From: Balanoglossus misakiensis
Lineage: Eukaryota; Animalia; Hemichordata
NCBI GenBank assembly: GCA_040954595.2
Contig: CM082577.2
Coordinates: 6,250,301 to 6,314,300, forward strand
Length of the DNA stretch: 64,000 nucleotides
Direction: 5' to 3'
Shown: one piece after another, positions 37,396 to 51,712 of the stretch
How positions within the stretch are numbered: the stretch's first letter is position 1
Layout of the letters: each line of letters opens with the position of its first letter
Notes under the pieces: generated by a model
Told to the model about the DNA's origin: nothing
What the model saw: the letters and a program-made list of their open reading frames with translations, nothing else
Databases searched by the model: none
Position numbers and translations under genes: made by a program

Positions 37396-40300
37396 AGAGT
37401 AAGGTTGGAGTATTTGGTATATCTGGCATGCCTTCAACCCCTTGCCTCTGCTTCCATTCCTTCAGCACTATACAGCTACTTTTCCCAATTAATCCCATAT
37501 AATACCCAATGCTAGCAGATACATGTACAAGTGAGTTGTTATGGTCAAGATATTGATTACTAAAAACATCAATAAATTTTATATGACAAACACTGGAAAG
37601 GCATCCTACTTATTATTGTTGGAGTTGCAGGTTCCCACCTGCAAACTTCACTTGAAAATATACAACAGAAGATTTTTTTGTTGTGGTTATGAATAATTTT
37701 ACCAAAAGTCTTGTATACCTAACCACAGATACGAGAACAGTGGATAGAATTTGCATGCATCTCTTAGCACATCACATGATTCTTAGCCACGATGTCAACA
37801 TCATTGTAAACACACGTGGAATCTGAAACGGTTCTGGATATCTTTGAACCTGTCTCAGAAGAAAACTTCCAAATAATATTGTAGGTCACTAAGGGTCAGG
37901 GTGTAAAGGGTTATAGTGCAGTGCCCTCTCAAAAAATTTTGTGCTACGACATGTAACCCTTGTCCAAGTATTATGCAATAGGAGTTCTATCTAGTTTAAA
38001 ATAATTATGGTGGAAAGTCATTAGTCTAATTAACTCTAATGGTGTCACATTAATTACCGTAGTCTTATTAACTGGAAACTGCCAGTATGAAGTACATATA
38101 TAAATCACATGACCATCACCTGACGACCTGTTGTGATTGTACATTTTTTGTCAGTAACACTTCAACCACTCAGTCAAAACGTTGATTGAAGTTTCAAAAT
38201 TTCTGCTCAAACATCCCGACTGATGATTTTCTTGATGTAAAGCAATTCAAGTTTTATTGATTAGAGAATAATAACTTCTGTTAACACTTCTCTCCAGTAT
38301 TTGCTCATGTTTTCCCCGTGATTGCATTTTGTATTGAGTCCTTTATGAATTCTGATTGCCCTGCGGGGTCTTTTAATGCTTTACAGTTTTTTTCCTTCTT
38401 CTCCACGCAATGCCTTTTCAAGCCAAATCAGTCCATAAAATGGCAGATCTCACTTAGCTATCCTTGTTTGCAAGCAAGAAATGAAAGAAGTCGTGGAACA
38501 GCATGCATTAATTGCCCCCAGCTTCTGATAGTAACAGGGTGAAACAACCACTTTTTTTTCTTCAATCTTTGGATAAAAACCGCACGGGAGCCAATAGTGT
38601 TTTTAAGTTTATTTTAATGTTGACATTCTGTGCTGTTCACAAATATTCTCATGGGGTCTCTCTGCAATGTTACCTGCATACAAATTAACAGCAAGTTTTT
38701 TTCTTTTGCTCAAATGTTCCAATGCTCAAGATTTTCAGTAATTATTATTTTTATATATATTATTTTAATAAAACAATTTTTTAAGTAAAAACTTTTTATA
38801 GTAATTTCCATTTAAATTAGTTAAATATATAATTTTAAATGTTTGACGACTTTTGCAATGGAAAGTTACCATCAATACAAAATTATTTCTGTAACTGTTA
38901 TGTCATTTCTAACGAAGGATTTTGAATGGCAAACACTGTTGGTTCTCATGATGTGTCTAGTAAGCGTCAGCTGTGTATGCCATGGAAACAGCTAAATGTA
39001 ATGATGATATGCAGTACGGTAACCATAGAAAATAGGATATGGCTGCAAAATGTTCATATGCAAGTCACTGGTACTGTACTGCAGCTGTTGTTTGCTTGTG
39101 TTGGCGTGGCATGTCCCGGGTCAGTGTGCTACGAAACAGGGGAAGTACAGACAATGGGTGCAAGAAATGAATTGTAAATCAATCGGTAATCGGCAATTTG
39201 GAAGGCACGTAGCCAGTTCTCAGACCATTCTGTAGTTGTGTTGTTTCAAATCAAACAGTACTAAGTGAAAATAATATTTACAAAAAGAAGGGGGGTTTTC
39301 AGAAGTAAATGTATGCTCACTCCTACACTTGGATGCAACCTTGTTGTCAAGGCAAATGATCACCCATATTGGAATCAAAATTATAATATAACTTTTAATG
39401 GTGTATTTAAATTAAACATTGAAAGCGCAGCAAATTGATTTTAAATTCCTCTCATCATTTAGCAGACAGATAAAATATTTAATATGTACATTTCTGAGTA
39501 AAGGGGAAATATACCGAACTTCAAACCAGAACCACTTTGCATTGTTATCCGTCGGGTTGATGAAAAGAAGTCTAGTAATATGCCTCACTCATTAGAATTT
39601 TATTTATCCAGTTATTTTTAGATTATTATATCATAAATACAATTAATTTGCACTGTCGCATACATTTCTCTTCCAGTTTTATCAGTTGATTCTTACATAA
39701 AGCAGCGAATACCACCCAATAGTATAATTGCCCCTTTCTCTTCAATATGTACATGTACATACATGTATATGTGTATGATAAAAAATTTCAATTCCCTTCA
39801 TCCTGACACTAGACAACTGCAGTCAGTAGCAGTTTTATTGAAACTTTACGCAGACTTCAGATAAAAATATACACACAGAGTGAAACATAGTCATTTAGAA
39901 AGCATTCAAGATTTCAAGTCCTCACTTTATGCACTCTAAACTTGAGTACTTGGTATATAAACACTTTGCAACAAGTGTAAGTTTCTTCAGAGAATGTTTC
40001 TTTATCATCACTGCAGGTATGTAAAGAGTACCATAACTTTTGAATTGGCAACGGCATGCAGTTTAATGTTTGCGCTCTGTCGAAACCAGTGATTATAAAT
40101 AAAGTTTGTGATTTGTTCTTCAGTGACAAAGACAATGAAACTTGAGATGTCTTATTGTTGGCCATAGTCTGGTCATAGTTTGCACAGTAGGTTTATGTGT
40201 GCGAGTATAATAGAACGCGTGTCTCGATTGTAAATTTTAACTGTTCAGATACGAGGTTTAGAAAGTACGACCAGGCCTTGCATCGAGGTCACAAAGACTG

Positions 40301-43300
40301 GTTCAGATTACACTACTGTAACTGAGCTTTATAGTGGTTAGTTCATTAGCCACTGGGTGGAATTTCCATGTTGGCATCAGCATACTTGCATATGCGTTCA
40401 TAGAATACGAGTGTCAGTGAAATTCGCCAGTCTGCAAAGTTGAATCCAGAGTAAAAGCAATCATGCATTTATCAGTAGGCAAAATTTTCTGCCTACTTTG
40501 CAGTTTTATTCAGGACCACTATTAACACCTCCCCCTTCTCAATCCCTGGTTCTCACATTACTGGAAGTGTGAATTGCTCGTTCATAACAGTTTGCCAATG
40601 TTTTGTTCTCCATTTTATTTGTATCAGTTAATCAAATTACCTGTTGGATTAAAAGCTGATAATTAAGTGGAGGCTCTTAAGAATCATACCAGTAATTATT
40701 CTCGGGCATTTGCAGTTATAATAACCATGACTATGGTGACAATTTGACAAGGAGGGTGGTTGGAACCAATATGAAGCCAGTTGCTCATAAGCTCTTTGGT
40801 CAGTCAATGAACTTTGTCCCATTTGGCGATACATGTAAATAGTTAAAATATTGTTCTCCTGTCATGTCAATAACAGCTGGTATTAAACAATAACAACCAG
40901 CAAGGTCGCATATTCTGGCAAGATATTTTTCCTTCAAAAGAAACCCTCCCCACTGCAGTTTGACAACTTCACAGCTGGGTTGATGTCACCAATTTTAAAG
41001 TTATGAACATTTTTGTTTCTGCAGGAAATTGAAAATTTTAAGTATTTTTTGCGGACTACCATGCAAACTATGCCATTTCAGACCAGCCAGATTACGTGTC
41101 CAAAATTTTGGCCAACTGCCATAAAATACAAGACTTTTGTTCGAATGGATACCTGTGCTACATGACTTTTGTGTAGATAAATCACAACAAAGAATTAGTC
41201 GCATTGTATTGCAAGATATCAGCTTTAATAGGTGGTTGTTTCTATACGGAACGTTCAGAAAACTGTAACATGTCGAATTCAGTTGTCCTCTTAGAATTGT
41301 AGCCCCGTGTTATGAAGCTTGATTAGGCCAATTAAGTATAAGTCCCTTTGTTGTGTAATGAGGCCAGCTTTGTTACTGTAACAAAGGTTTCCATTTTTCC
41401 CGCTGCCATGGTAACGTCTCAAGCCATGACAGAAATGTCAGCGCTGTTCGGTCAGCCACAACGAGTTTAGCTTAAATCGTGCATGCGTGGTACCCTTCAT
41501 GACTTGTATACTGCAACAGCGTACACATTCAAAGTGGGGGTTCTTTAAAGTTTAATTTCGCGACTTGGAAAATATGTGTTACTTAACCTACTTAGTTCGT
41601 CGACTGACAGTAACTAGAAGTTATTTAGCTTTCGCCCTGTGTTTTCTAACTCGTGAGGCGTGTGTGACTGGCATTGATCACGGTAACTAGGTCAGGCAGT
41701 CTCAATCTAGGTTTTGCTATCAACTTAAATGTTGACCAGGACAACTTTTGAAGTCGTTTGTCAGAGAGTTGTGTCCGAAACTCAATTTAAAAAAGACTTT
41801 TCTACAGCTTTCAGACTTGCATCCTACAAAACATTCTCGTGTGTTTCCTGCTTTTTTGATCACAAATAAATTCAAAAAACGAGGGAACAGACTGGGGAAG
41901 TGCAGAATAGATCATAGTGTATATAACTTCTTTCACTACATCAAATTTTACAATGGCTGTGATGGCATGTGTTTCAGAGATAATCCCTGATATAGAAATA
42001 AATGGTTTCCATATGCGTCTCGTGCATATGACAATAATTTCTAACGTTCGTCCAAACTGCAAACAGCTGTGTACCTCTATTACGTCACAAAGCTCGAAAA
42101 TATAAATACTTTTGAAACAGCTAGCCATCCATTCAAATTAACATCTTCAAATTGCTATAAATAGCCTTGAGTTGGTTTTATTTAGGAATATTGGTTTTTG
42201 AGCATTTGTGCAAAAGATTGCTTTCCACGGTATTGCTGGCACTTTAGCAATGTCAACTGCGCGATCGAGAAGTCGGTTGTTTCGCATAAAAGTAATGCCA
42301 TGCATTTCTGACACGCTTGGACATTTCTGTCTGTAGGAATGCGTTTAAGAATCCAGTGTCTTTTTCATGTGCAGTTTTCAGTGATTCAAATAGTTATATA
42401 AACAAAACTTTCCACATGTTGGAATTCTTTTCCGGTATGATTTTGGCTTTGGTCGAAGCTGAGGATGTCTAATCCACTTTCTTGTGAAAGGCCTTATTAC
42501 TAGCCTAGAATGTCTTCCCTTATTATCACTGAAAGTATCTGTGGAATTTTCGTGAGCAACAAAATAAGATTATCCCGTTTTTGTTTTGCTTTTCATTCAT
42601 GATCAAGCCATCACTTTAATTTAAAAGTGCTGAATAAAACAACATGAAATGTGATAAATAGACCGAAAGTTCACCAGTGTCAATTGCCAGAGGCCCAACT
42701 ATCGATTGGATGTCTGTTCCCGACACCACTTTTCTCACTGCAGGGTTGGACCTTGTGACAGGTGTCATATTGCCCCTATGACGTGAATCTCTGGCTGGTT
42801 TTATTTAAGAGCGACCCTGATAGACAGCAGAAAGTCATGTAATAACTTGTCTGTCTCAAGACCTGGTTGCAGCCAAATAAAAGGTCAAAACAGAGTTCTT
42901 TGGGTTGTTGTCACTAGTAATTCATTTCCACAAGTGAATGTACTTATCCTGCATTTTGCAGATCTAGTGTTTGGGTTTTTCGCCACCTGTTTATTGAAGT
43001 CAAAGGATATTTTATTCAAATGTATTATTGAATATTTCATTGGTACTGACATGCTCTGGGCTGGAATTGTCCCAATCTGTCAAAATACCCCCAAGACAAA
43101 ACATTCAATAGTCCTTAAGGCACAGCCTGACTCAAGACCTTGCTTGACTCCATGTATAATTTATGTGAATATATACTCTGTTACTCTCTTGTCTACATGT
43201 ACCTAACCACAATGCATTGTTGGACTCCTAAGCAACAAGGCTATGTTTATGGCCTTTTCTTTGCATAATGGATAAAAGTTATATGCTTGGAAGAGTTTGT

Positions 43301-45723
43301 TTTGAACATTACAATCAGTGTACTTCAGACCTGTGCCTGGTCAGGTCGGATCAAAAGTAATAATCAATTTCAAGTATTGCAATAAAGCTTATTGCAATGC
43401 TCATATCATTTGATGTGCGTCTCTAAAATATGTCTGGTAATTGTTTTCACTTTTTGCGTCAATAAATCTTGTGTCGTCAAATTTCGCTTCTGCCGCAACT
43501 TGTAAACAAGACATTGCGTATGTGTGTGGAGACTTTTAATTTATAACTTGTTGAAATGAAATCGGTAATTATTACAATGACGCTGTAAACATGTTTGTTA
43601 GGGTTGAAATAAGTTGCACTGATGTTGGGATAAGATGGGTATATGACAGTATAAGCATATGAAGCCTTTTGTTTTTCTTTCACCCTCTTTCCTCTTCCTC
43701 ACTCACTTGCCCCCTCCCCCCTTGCCAACTTAACAACAGTCATGTACGTCATTCTAACATGTGATATATTTTTAAATGGAACAAGAAACTATTCTAACGA
43801 TACACAACCAAAGTCATGCGGTTGCGGGATTTGGCTGACAACAAACCAGAGGCTATTGTCAGCGGTTTAGTATTGGAGACTGCGTAGTCTTAAACCTATA
43901 CAACAATGAATAATGCACCGATTCACGTCTGTGAAAGACGACACTGGTTTAATGCTGTCCTTAACAATACAGGGTAGTGACATTTCATTACCCAGATAAC
44001 TATTGGGTGTTTTCTGTCGGCTGCTATTACCGGGTTTCGTGTACAACAAAAGACGTAAGAATGTCGAGGACAAACCTCTCCCCTTGGCATAGGAAACTGA
44101 CATTTCACCTACTTGCAATTTACTTCTGACTCGAGAAATTTCAATTGAAATGCAGAGCTGCAGTAGATAATGAGTACATGTACCTCTACTTTTTTGTCGT
44201 CTGTTTATTACAACTTTTCTTTTGGGTGGATGTATCAGTAATGGAGTAATCTGGAAAAAATTTAGACTCCGAGACAAATTGTGTAACAGAAGAATTTATG
44301 AAATCTGCATTGAAACATGTATCTTCAGTTACAAAATTGAAAACCCAAGACTTGCATATTACTCTATGATGTAGCACGTATTTTGTCTATTAATGAATCT
44401 CATACCTTTAAACATATCCCCCCTGAACTTGTGTATCACATGCAAATGCGAGTCAAATAGACCCTGTTTAATCAGTAGAGAAGAGTACCAACTTAAATCT
44501 CCTTGATAAGCACGATTGCACGTTCCACGATCCTAATAAAAAGACAAAATATTGATCTAATCCCCGAAAAGTCCAATGAACATGACGAAAAACATTGTCT
44601 GTGTTTTTCCGATTGTTCAATGGCACTATTCAGTAATCCTACTGCTTTTGTGAGAAAGTGCTAAATATAGAAAAGGGGTGTGTAAAGTGAGTTCAGGCTT
44701 TTGTCATTTATTTGACATTCTGCTCATCATCATTGTCAACAATAAATAAGGCCATGCATGCTTAACTCACAGTGGCAAAAGATTTATACTTGGGAGTCAG
44801 TGGAATATCAAAAGTTTGTATTTCGAAAGTCAGTATGAAAGTAGCCAGCATTGGTCTGTTTTGAATCTTTTGGAATTTATCCCATGTTTATCCTTTTAGT
44901 ACTGGAAGAGCTGATACTAGTTGCCACATTTAAGGTACTAATGGCAGTGGAAAAGCAAATTTCTACATAGTGAAAAACAGCCTCCAGTCCTAGATATCAT
45001 AATTATCAATAATAATTTCAGGTTTATCACACCAGGGACAGACAGCTTTCAAGGTTGTCAATCCTTTCTGATAATGATGTTGATGACAACGTCATCAAAA
45101 TTCATTATGCTACAGTAACTAAAGTGACTGCCTGATTGTTAGCTTCCGTGTTCCAGCGGAAATAAATGTTTTCATCTCATAATTCCACCTGTCAAATAAA
45201 CACAAAAGAGACCTGGTCTGTTAGTCTACCAGACTACACTAGCCCCCTCCTCCCCGTCAACGCTAACTACAGGCGGGGGATGAGAATATTAGCAAAGGCA
45301 AGTCACGCAAACCTTAACCAATGTTCAAAATTGAAGAAATATCAGAAAATGAAATTGTGCGTCAATGCTGTTTTCTAATAACAGCAAGTGACTTGGACCA
45401 TGTGACGTCAAGTAATTCATCATTTCACTTCACGCCACTTAAAATAATTGTGTCCTCTGATGGGTATAGCTTTTAATACGCCAGTCGACTCTTTGCGCAT
45501 CATTACCTCATTTCTGATTAATGACAGCATGTGCAAGTTCATTAGAGATAGTGGCTGGCAGAGCTGTCGCACCATCCATGTGTTACAACAATGTTCACGC
45601 ATAAATATGCAATAGGAATTTGCATACATTGGCAATTGTCTCAAGCTCTCCAATTTACATAATAGAAATATCTAGATTCAAGAATTTAAACGTTTTTCTT
45701 CTTTCATTTTTTTCAATCTACAG

Positions 45724-48130
45724 GTCAAATCCAGAGCAGCCCACAAAAATACTGGAGGATTGAGGCTAGGGAAGATTAACATCAGTACTACTAAACAACA
45801 AGTGATTTCAGTATTCCGGACTCTTCATGGAACTTCAGTGTTGGTGCTTGGACTCCACAAGTCTTTCGTTTTAAAATTTACATAAAACAATTGTTTTATT
45901 TTGACCAAGGCATTAGATGTACACACAGCAGGGCCTAGTTGGCCACCAGTCGTGTCTCCCCCCCCTCCCCAGGTCAGTTGGTAATAGAACATCGCCAATG
46001 TGAGTTTTGCAGTGTTTAGAGCTGTAATGTGTTCCCAATGGGCAACTTTCATGTTCCTTGTTTTGAGGCTTAAGAATAATGGATGTCAGACTGAGAAAAG
46101 TACAGTCAACTTTTAAATGCTTAATTAGCAAATCCAAGTTTGATGTTGGTGTACTACACTTACAAAGGAGAATCCAAAAATCCACAATTAAAAGCAATAA
46201 CGTCCTTTAACGTTGTGAAACAAATAAGTAAATCTTGTAACATCACAGCTTGACACCGATTTAACATTAATTATTATGCATCAGTAACCAAAATCTCGTC
46301 TTGATTGCCGCCTGTTTAGAATTGGTGTGACGTCAGACACCGGTATTTGACATCTGGGCAGAGAGTAAAAGAGTTTGCGCTGATGAGTTTTGTTGAATTA
46401 CTTCAAAGGCATTGGAGTGTGTGAACATCTGTGAATAAGGGACAGCTTTTAAAACTTGAAAGCCATCAGCAGCTTATTCTTGAAAACGGGCGCATTGATG
46501 AGGGCAGTATCGTTTGCAAGTTCAAAGGTCATTCCAGGCATGTCGCAGGGTTTGTCTGTAGTACCCCCTGACAATCCGGAAAATGCTTCCCTAATTGACT
46601 ATTTCAAAGCAAATCGTACCAAGAGCTGGGTTTTAGCCAGCTGAGAGATAAACCGCTTTGTGATAGCACAGCACTTTTCAACAAGCCCCAGAAACATTAA
46701 ATATTATGATAATAATCTCGCCATGATGCATCAAATCAAAGACAATATTTTATCAGTTTGAGTGTGGATGTGTCGACCGGACAGTCAGGTCACATGTTTT
46801 GACAAAAATCTTAAATATATTAAAATAAAATATATATTATATAAAAACTATGCAAAGTCAATCGACTTAAATAGCTTGATATGCCAATTGCTATGCAAAC
46901 AAAGAGAACACAAATTTCTTAACTAGTGGTGCACCTTTAAAGATAGTACTCAGTTTACATATGTTGGATTCCAATAGGTAGATAGATATACAATACAGAT
47001 TCAGTTTTTCGAAACAAATTTCCACTTGTAAATTCTTAGAGATTTAGTTTTCTGCACTGTACAATCAAGTTTTCTAATCAGACTTGCCATATGCATTGTT
47101 CTTTGAAAATAACAATGACAAATATTTGTGAAAATATAAAAAAAAAAATTTCTAAACTGCCATTCACAAATTTTCAATTTTTTGATTCCAGTATAAGGTG
47201 GTACCAGTCATTACATTTGTCCTGCTGTTTGGAGAAAACGGCAGTATTTATAGAGAATTGATTTTTTTAGGAGTTTTATCTTTTCTGACTATGGGAAAGT
47301 GTATTTTAGGTAGCCCAGATTTTAACGATAGATTGGCAAGATATTAGATTTGTTTTCCCATTAATCATGATTTCCGACGGTGATTATCATAAAATCTGTA
47401 TTATTATTTTTTTTCAAATTGATCTGGGGATGTTGTTTTACAAGGACTTTATACTTCAGATGTTTGCCTTCCCTAGTTTGACTATTGTGTAAATTTTGAA
47501 AGTGATTTTCCAACTTTGTTTTCTATAAATGTGTTTTGGATATTTGCAATTATTTTTCTATCACAAGATGTTCAATTTCTGTCTCTTTTTGTACAAAAAA
47601 ATATTCAAGAGGTTTTTCTTCAGGGTAGGAGGTTTTTACTGCAAGATTTATGTATACAGCAATATACTTGTAACTTGTGTATATGTTTACGTGGTTTGAC
47701 TAGGCAATAATGTTTTATATATGGGGTACTGGAGTCAATTCCAATTGCACATCGCTGTCACCCAAGGAACATACAACCCTATCACCCCTATTTATCTTCG
47801 AATGGAACAATCCAGGGAAGAAATGGCAAGGGTTTAAGGATTCTATGACAAACAAAATGTCTAGGCAGGGCGACTTCACAATCCATGTACATCTTGACAG
47901 ACAGACAGACCATGCCTGTTTCTGGAGGCTGAATACAGAAATTGCATCCGAATAGCAAAATGAGGATTTTCATGAAAATATTTTCAGACAATCCAGATTT
48001 TAATTATTTTGTACTGGTTGGATTTCTTCATCTGTCTTTCACACAGCTATAGTCTAATTATACAGAGAGATGTGTTCCATGTTGTGTGTTTAGATTGAAC
48101 AAATAAAAAATACATACTTGAATGAAATTG
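45724..48130 (+). other. Candidate non-coding terminal (3'UTR) exon of the Kir locus
   Basis: Strong acceptor TTTTTCTTCTTTCATTTTTTTCAATCTACAG|GT, no coding frame, T/GT-rich + strand, AATAAA at 46824 and 48102. The 3' end is approximate. Confidence 0.4.
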
Positions 48131-49496
48131 GTCCTATGTAATAAGCTCATTTTTACCACTGCTAATCTTTTCCAGAAAAACAAAAGCATATGTCAATGAA
48201 TGTAATCCACCTCCTAGATACACAAGCTTGAAGTTTATTGTTTCAAAGAAAAAAATGCATGATGACAAAAAAACAAATCTGCATGTAACTGAATTTCAGC
48301 TGTGACAGCAAGTTTATCACACAATCCGTTGTCACCTGTTCTTTGGAAAGATTGCCAGCCTTCCTGAAGACCTGATTAAAATCTGCCCACATGTCAGCTC
48401 GGGTATTCTTGATTGTCAGATGAAGTCGGCATACATGACAAGCTGTCGTATCATTGCCTTCTTGAAGATAAAAATAGCATCAAGGTCTGACGTCACAGAA
48501 GTGTGTATTATTTCATCAGCATCCTTGCCACAATCAGACATTCCCACCATCAGTGAACTTCTGTGCAATACATGTATATCCACCAACACACCAACACTTT
48601 TTCAATGTCAAAACACGCATGAATGAAATATCTAGATCACTGGGAAACAAAAGAATCCAAACAAAAACCCTTTGTTAATTACATTGATTTCTCTGAAGCG
48701 CTTTGCTTGATGAGCATGCATGCACTCTGTGCCGTCTTCAAGTGTGCTGTTAACCTTTGACCTTGCTAGAACCACATGACAAATATTCACATCTGTTGGA
48801 TGTATGGATGCCGACCATACTAGAACGATGTGGTTTGGAAGATTCTCTGAAATGGATACAAACATGATCTCTGTGTTGTCTCATTTTAAATGTCAAAATG
48901 CGTATCCCATATCTGCAGGCTGGTTCATGCATTTATGCAGGAACTGGGTAGTGTTACAAAGTTCACCGACTTGGAACCTAAAGAAATAATTTTATCAAAT
49001 CTAGATGAATTTTTGTTGAACTTGTTTATTCCGCTGCAGGAAAGTAGAGCACCAGCTGGGGACACAACAGACATTACCCACAGATATAAATTATGATATG
49101 CAAGTTTGAGAAATTTCATGTCTCATATTGCGTGTAACCATGAACAACTGTAGCCAGAGAGTACAGTCATGTGACTAAAGGTCAGGAGTAGCTAATTTGT
49201 ATAGCCATATTTTGGGGTGCACCCCAATATATCCTTGTACATGTTGTACTCTTGGTGAGTTGTTGCCATGGAAACTTCAATATTATCCTTTTTGCTCCTT
49301 TCCACTAAATAACCAGTCATGCCAGCCTCACTGATAAATATAGTTCCAAATGATCTCATCAGTGGTCATGTGGCGAATCATGCCCCTGTTTATAAACAGA
49401 ACTGAATTCTAATCATACCAGAGACGTCACTACAGACAGCCACGCTTTTAATTCTCTGCTGATGTCAACAATGACATTTTGACCAGTCACCAGGTC

Positions 49497-49530
49497 AGTG
49501 CCCTTTATCACTAAGTGCCCTTTATCACTT
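49497..49530. repeat. 17-bp tandem duplication
   Basis: AGTGCCCTTTATCACTA followed by AGTGCCCTTTATCACTT. Confidence 0.85.
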
Positions 49531-50121
49531 AAGTCAAATGTCTGAACTTATACCAGGTTACTACAATGTAGTATACTTTCCAATAAAACAATAGCAGACA
49601 TGATTGGGTGGGTGGCTGTAGTTTCTTGTCAGTAAAGAGTGTTTGCCATGTCTCTTGGCTGTTTATACAGGCAGTGCATATATAGGATGGCTGGTGACTT
49701 AACTTTCCAACATCTTTGGCAAGAAGCAAAACACTGACCACTTTTGACAGAACTCAAATTCAATAGTGGATACTAGATTTTAAAAATATTTAAGTCTGCA
49801 CTTTAGTCACCATACACAAAGTGACCTATAACTGCATGCCAGAAATAACTAGGCACCAAACAAATAGCTGCACAATAGTGATAATGAAGTACAAACTACT
49901 AGAGCTACAGATCAAAATTTGACAGTACATGTACATTAGTTGCAAAGTTTAGAAAGTCAGCGGTTTAGGCTAAGTAGTCTTATTTCCATTTTACTATATT
50001 TTATTCTGTCAATTTATTTTTACGAAAAAAAGTACAACGGCACAGCAACAGCGTGCGCGTGCAATCAGGGAAAACATTTTCCGATGATTTTTTTTAACAT
50101 CCTATAACGGACAGGAAACAT

Positions 50122-50329
50122 TTACGGAGGAGGTATATCTTTGAGTTTCACTTTGCCGCGCACTTTGGGAATTCCATAGCCTCTCTGCATGAGGTACGAC
50201 TTCAAATTATTCAAAGACACGGGTTGTAGGTAGCTGCCGATTCGCCGACGTTTCCACCATTTTCCTTCTTTTGCAGCGGCACTGCCAATTTTGGTGAACG
50301 TGTACCTGTAATGCTCCACACGGATGTAT
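50122..50329 (-). CDS. LMF1: Lipase maturation factor 1, last coding exon (exon 11)
   Basis: Acceptor TTTTTTTCAG|A. Encodes YIRVEHYRYTFTKIGSAAAKEGKWWKRRRIGSYLQPVSL...DIPPP-stop. Minus-strand AATAAA at 50013-50018. Confidence 0.92.
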
Positions 50330-51599
50330 CTGAAAAAAAAAGAGATGATATTTGGCTAAATTAATGATTGCTTGCAATTTAGAAAAGTCTATTCTCACAG
50401 AATACAGCATCAGTTTGAAGAGACCAATCAAAAACAACCTTATGAGACTGCTGCACACAGCCTGACCAATAAGAGGCACTGTTACAAGCCCATTTCAAAT
50501 CAGCATGGTAGCTGAGTAACAGGTGTTTTCCAGCCTAGACCACCTGTTGATTGGTATTTATTCTCCGTGACATTGTGTCGAACATTGAAAATTTGAGGCA
50601 AAGACTGCATGCAGAGTGGGGTTTTGAGAACATAGACCATCAGAAACTTCCAGTGTAACCAGACTGAATCATGGGATATTTCATGTGCAAGTGACTGTAA
50701 CAATATCTCCTGGTGACTTTGACACATGGCTTAATTTTCTTTCTACCCCTGTGGAAGCCCTGTTCTTGACAAATACACACCACAGGGGATCAATAAACCC
50801 GAAACCTAAAACAAGAATTAAATAGCTTTGTGGGAGGTGGAGATCCTAAGGCATCAACATCTGATTGTATCAGTTCACTGTACTCCATGTTTGTTTTGTA
50901 AGTGACCAGTCAACTTCTTGGTAATTACCCGGACAAAATATGATGAACACACCCACTCGCACATAAAATATCCCCCCCCCCCCCCAACACACACACATAT
51001 GTATGCTGAGACTGCAAACGAATCAATATTGTTCAACGGATATCAATATTTGACTGCTTGGTGACCCTTTTTCTGTGACGCCACTAATCTACTAAGTCCA
51101 TACCACAAGTAGTAAAACAAATGGCTTGCATACACTGGGTTCAAATACAAATTTTCCAATGATGTCACTAACACTGCCATCCGTTTGTTTCGTCATTTTA
51201 TGTACACTGAGAATACAGTATGTGTTGGGGGTAGCAATGTGCATGTTGCTTTTTTAAAGCCAGCACTCAGATGATGATCAAGTGATCAACCACAAGTGAA
51301 ACTGGGATTTAATCACAATAAGTTTTATGGGATGACTTGGTCAAAACTAATTTCAGAAACACTGTGTACGTCAATTTTAACTACTGTTTCTATTTCTGTT
51401 TTATAAGCTTCAAATTTTCCAAGATCCATTTCCTTCCAGGTTTTAATTACACTATTTATAAACTGTGAAGACTTTTTGTAAATTCCTTCCCAGAAATTTG
51501 ACATAAAAGTGAACATGAAATCCAGAGATTTTCTCTTGAATGAGAATGACAATTATACCAATTCAACACTAAGACTCAAATCAGCATGGATATACTTAC

Positions 51600-51712
51600 T
51601 TTGGTGGGTCTGTATCTGCAAAAGGATTATACGCAATTAATTCTGTTGTTTTCTCATCATTGGCAAGTAACTTTGCTGCCAGATGTATCAACCAAGGATT
51701 AGACTGGTAATT
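51600..51712 (-). CDS. LMF1: LMF1 exon 10 (113 nt)
   Basis: Acceptor TTCCAG|, encodes NYQSNPWLIHLAAKLLANDEKTTELIAYNPFADTDPP, donor |GTAAGT. Too short for the ORF track. Confidence 0.92.

Noticed and set aside
37400-45690. Short ORFs of 60-136 aa, considered as a fifth Kir or a transposase relic
   Set aside because: No TIGYG, reverse transcriptase or DDE motifs seen; composition looks non-coding.
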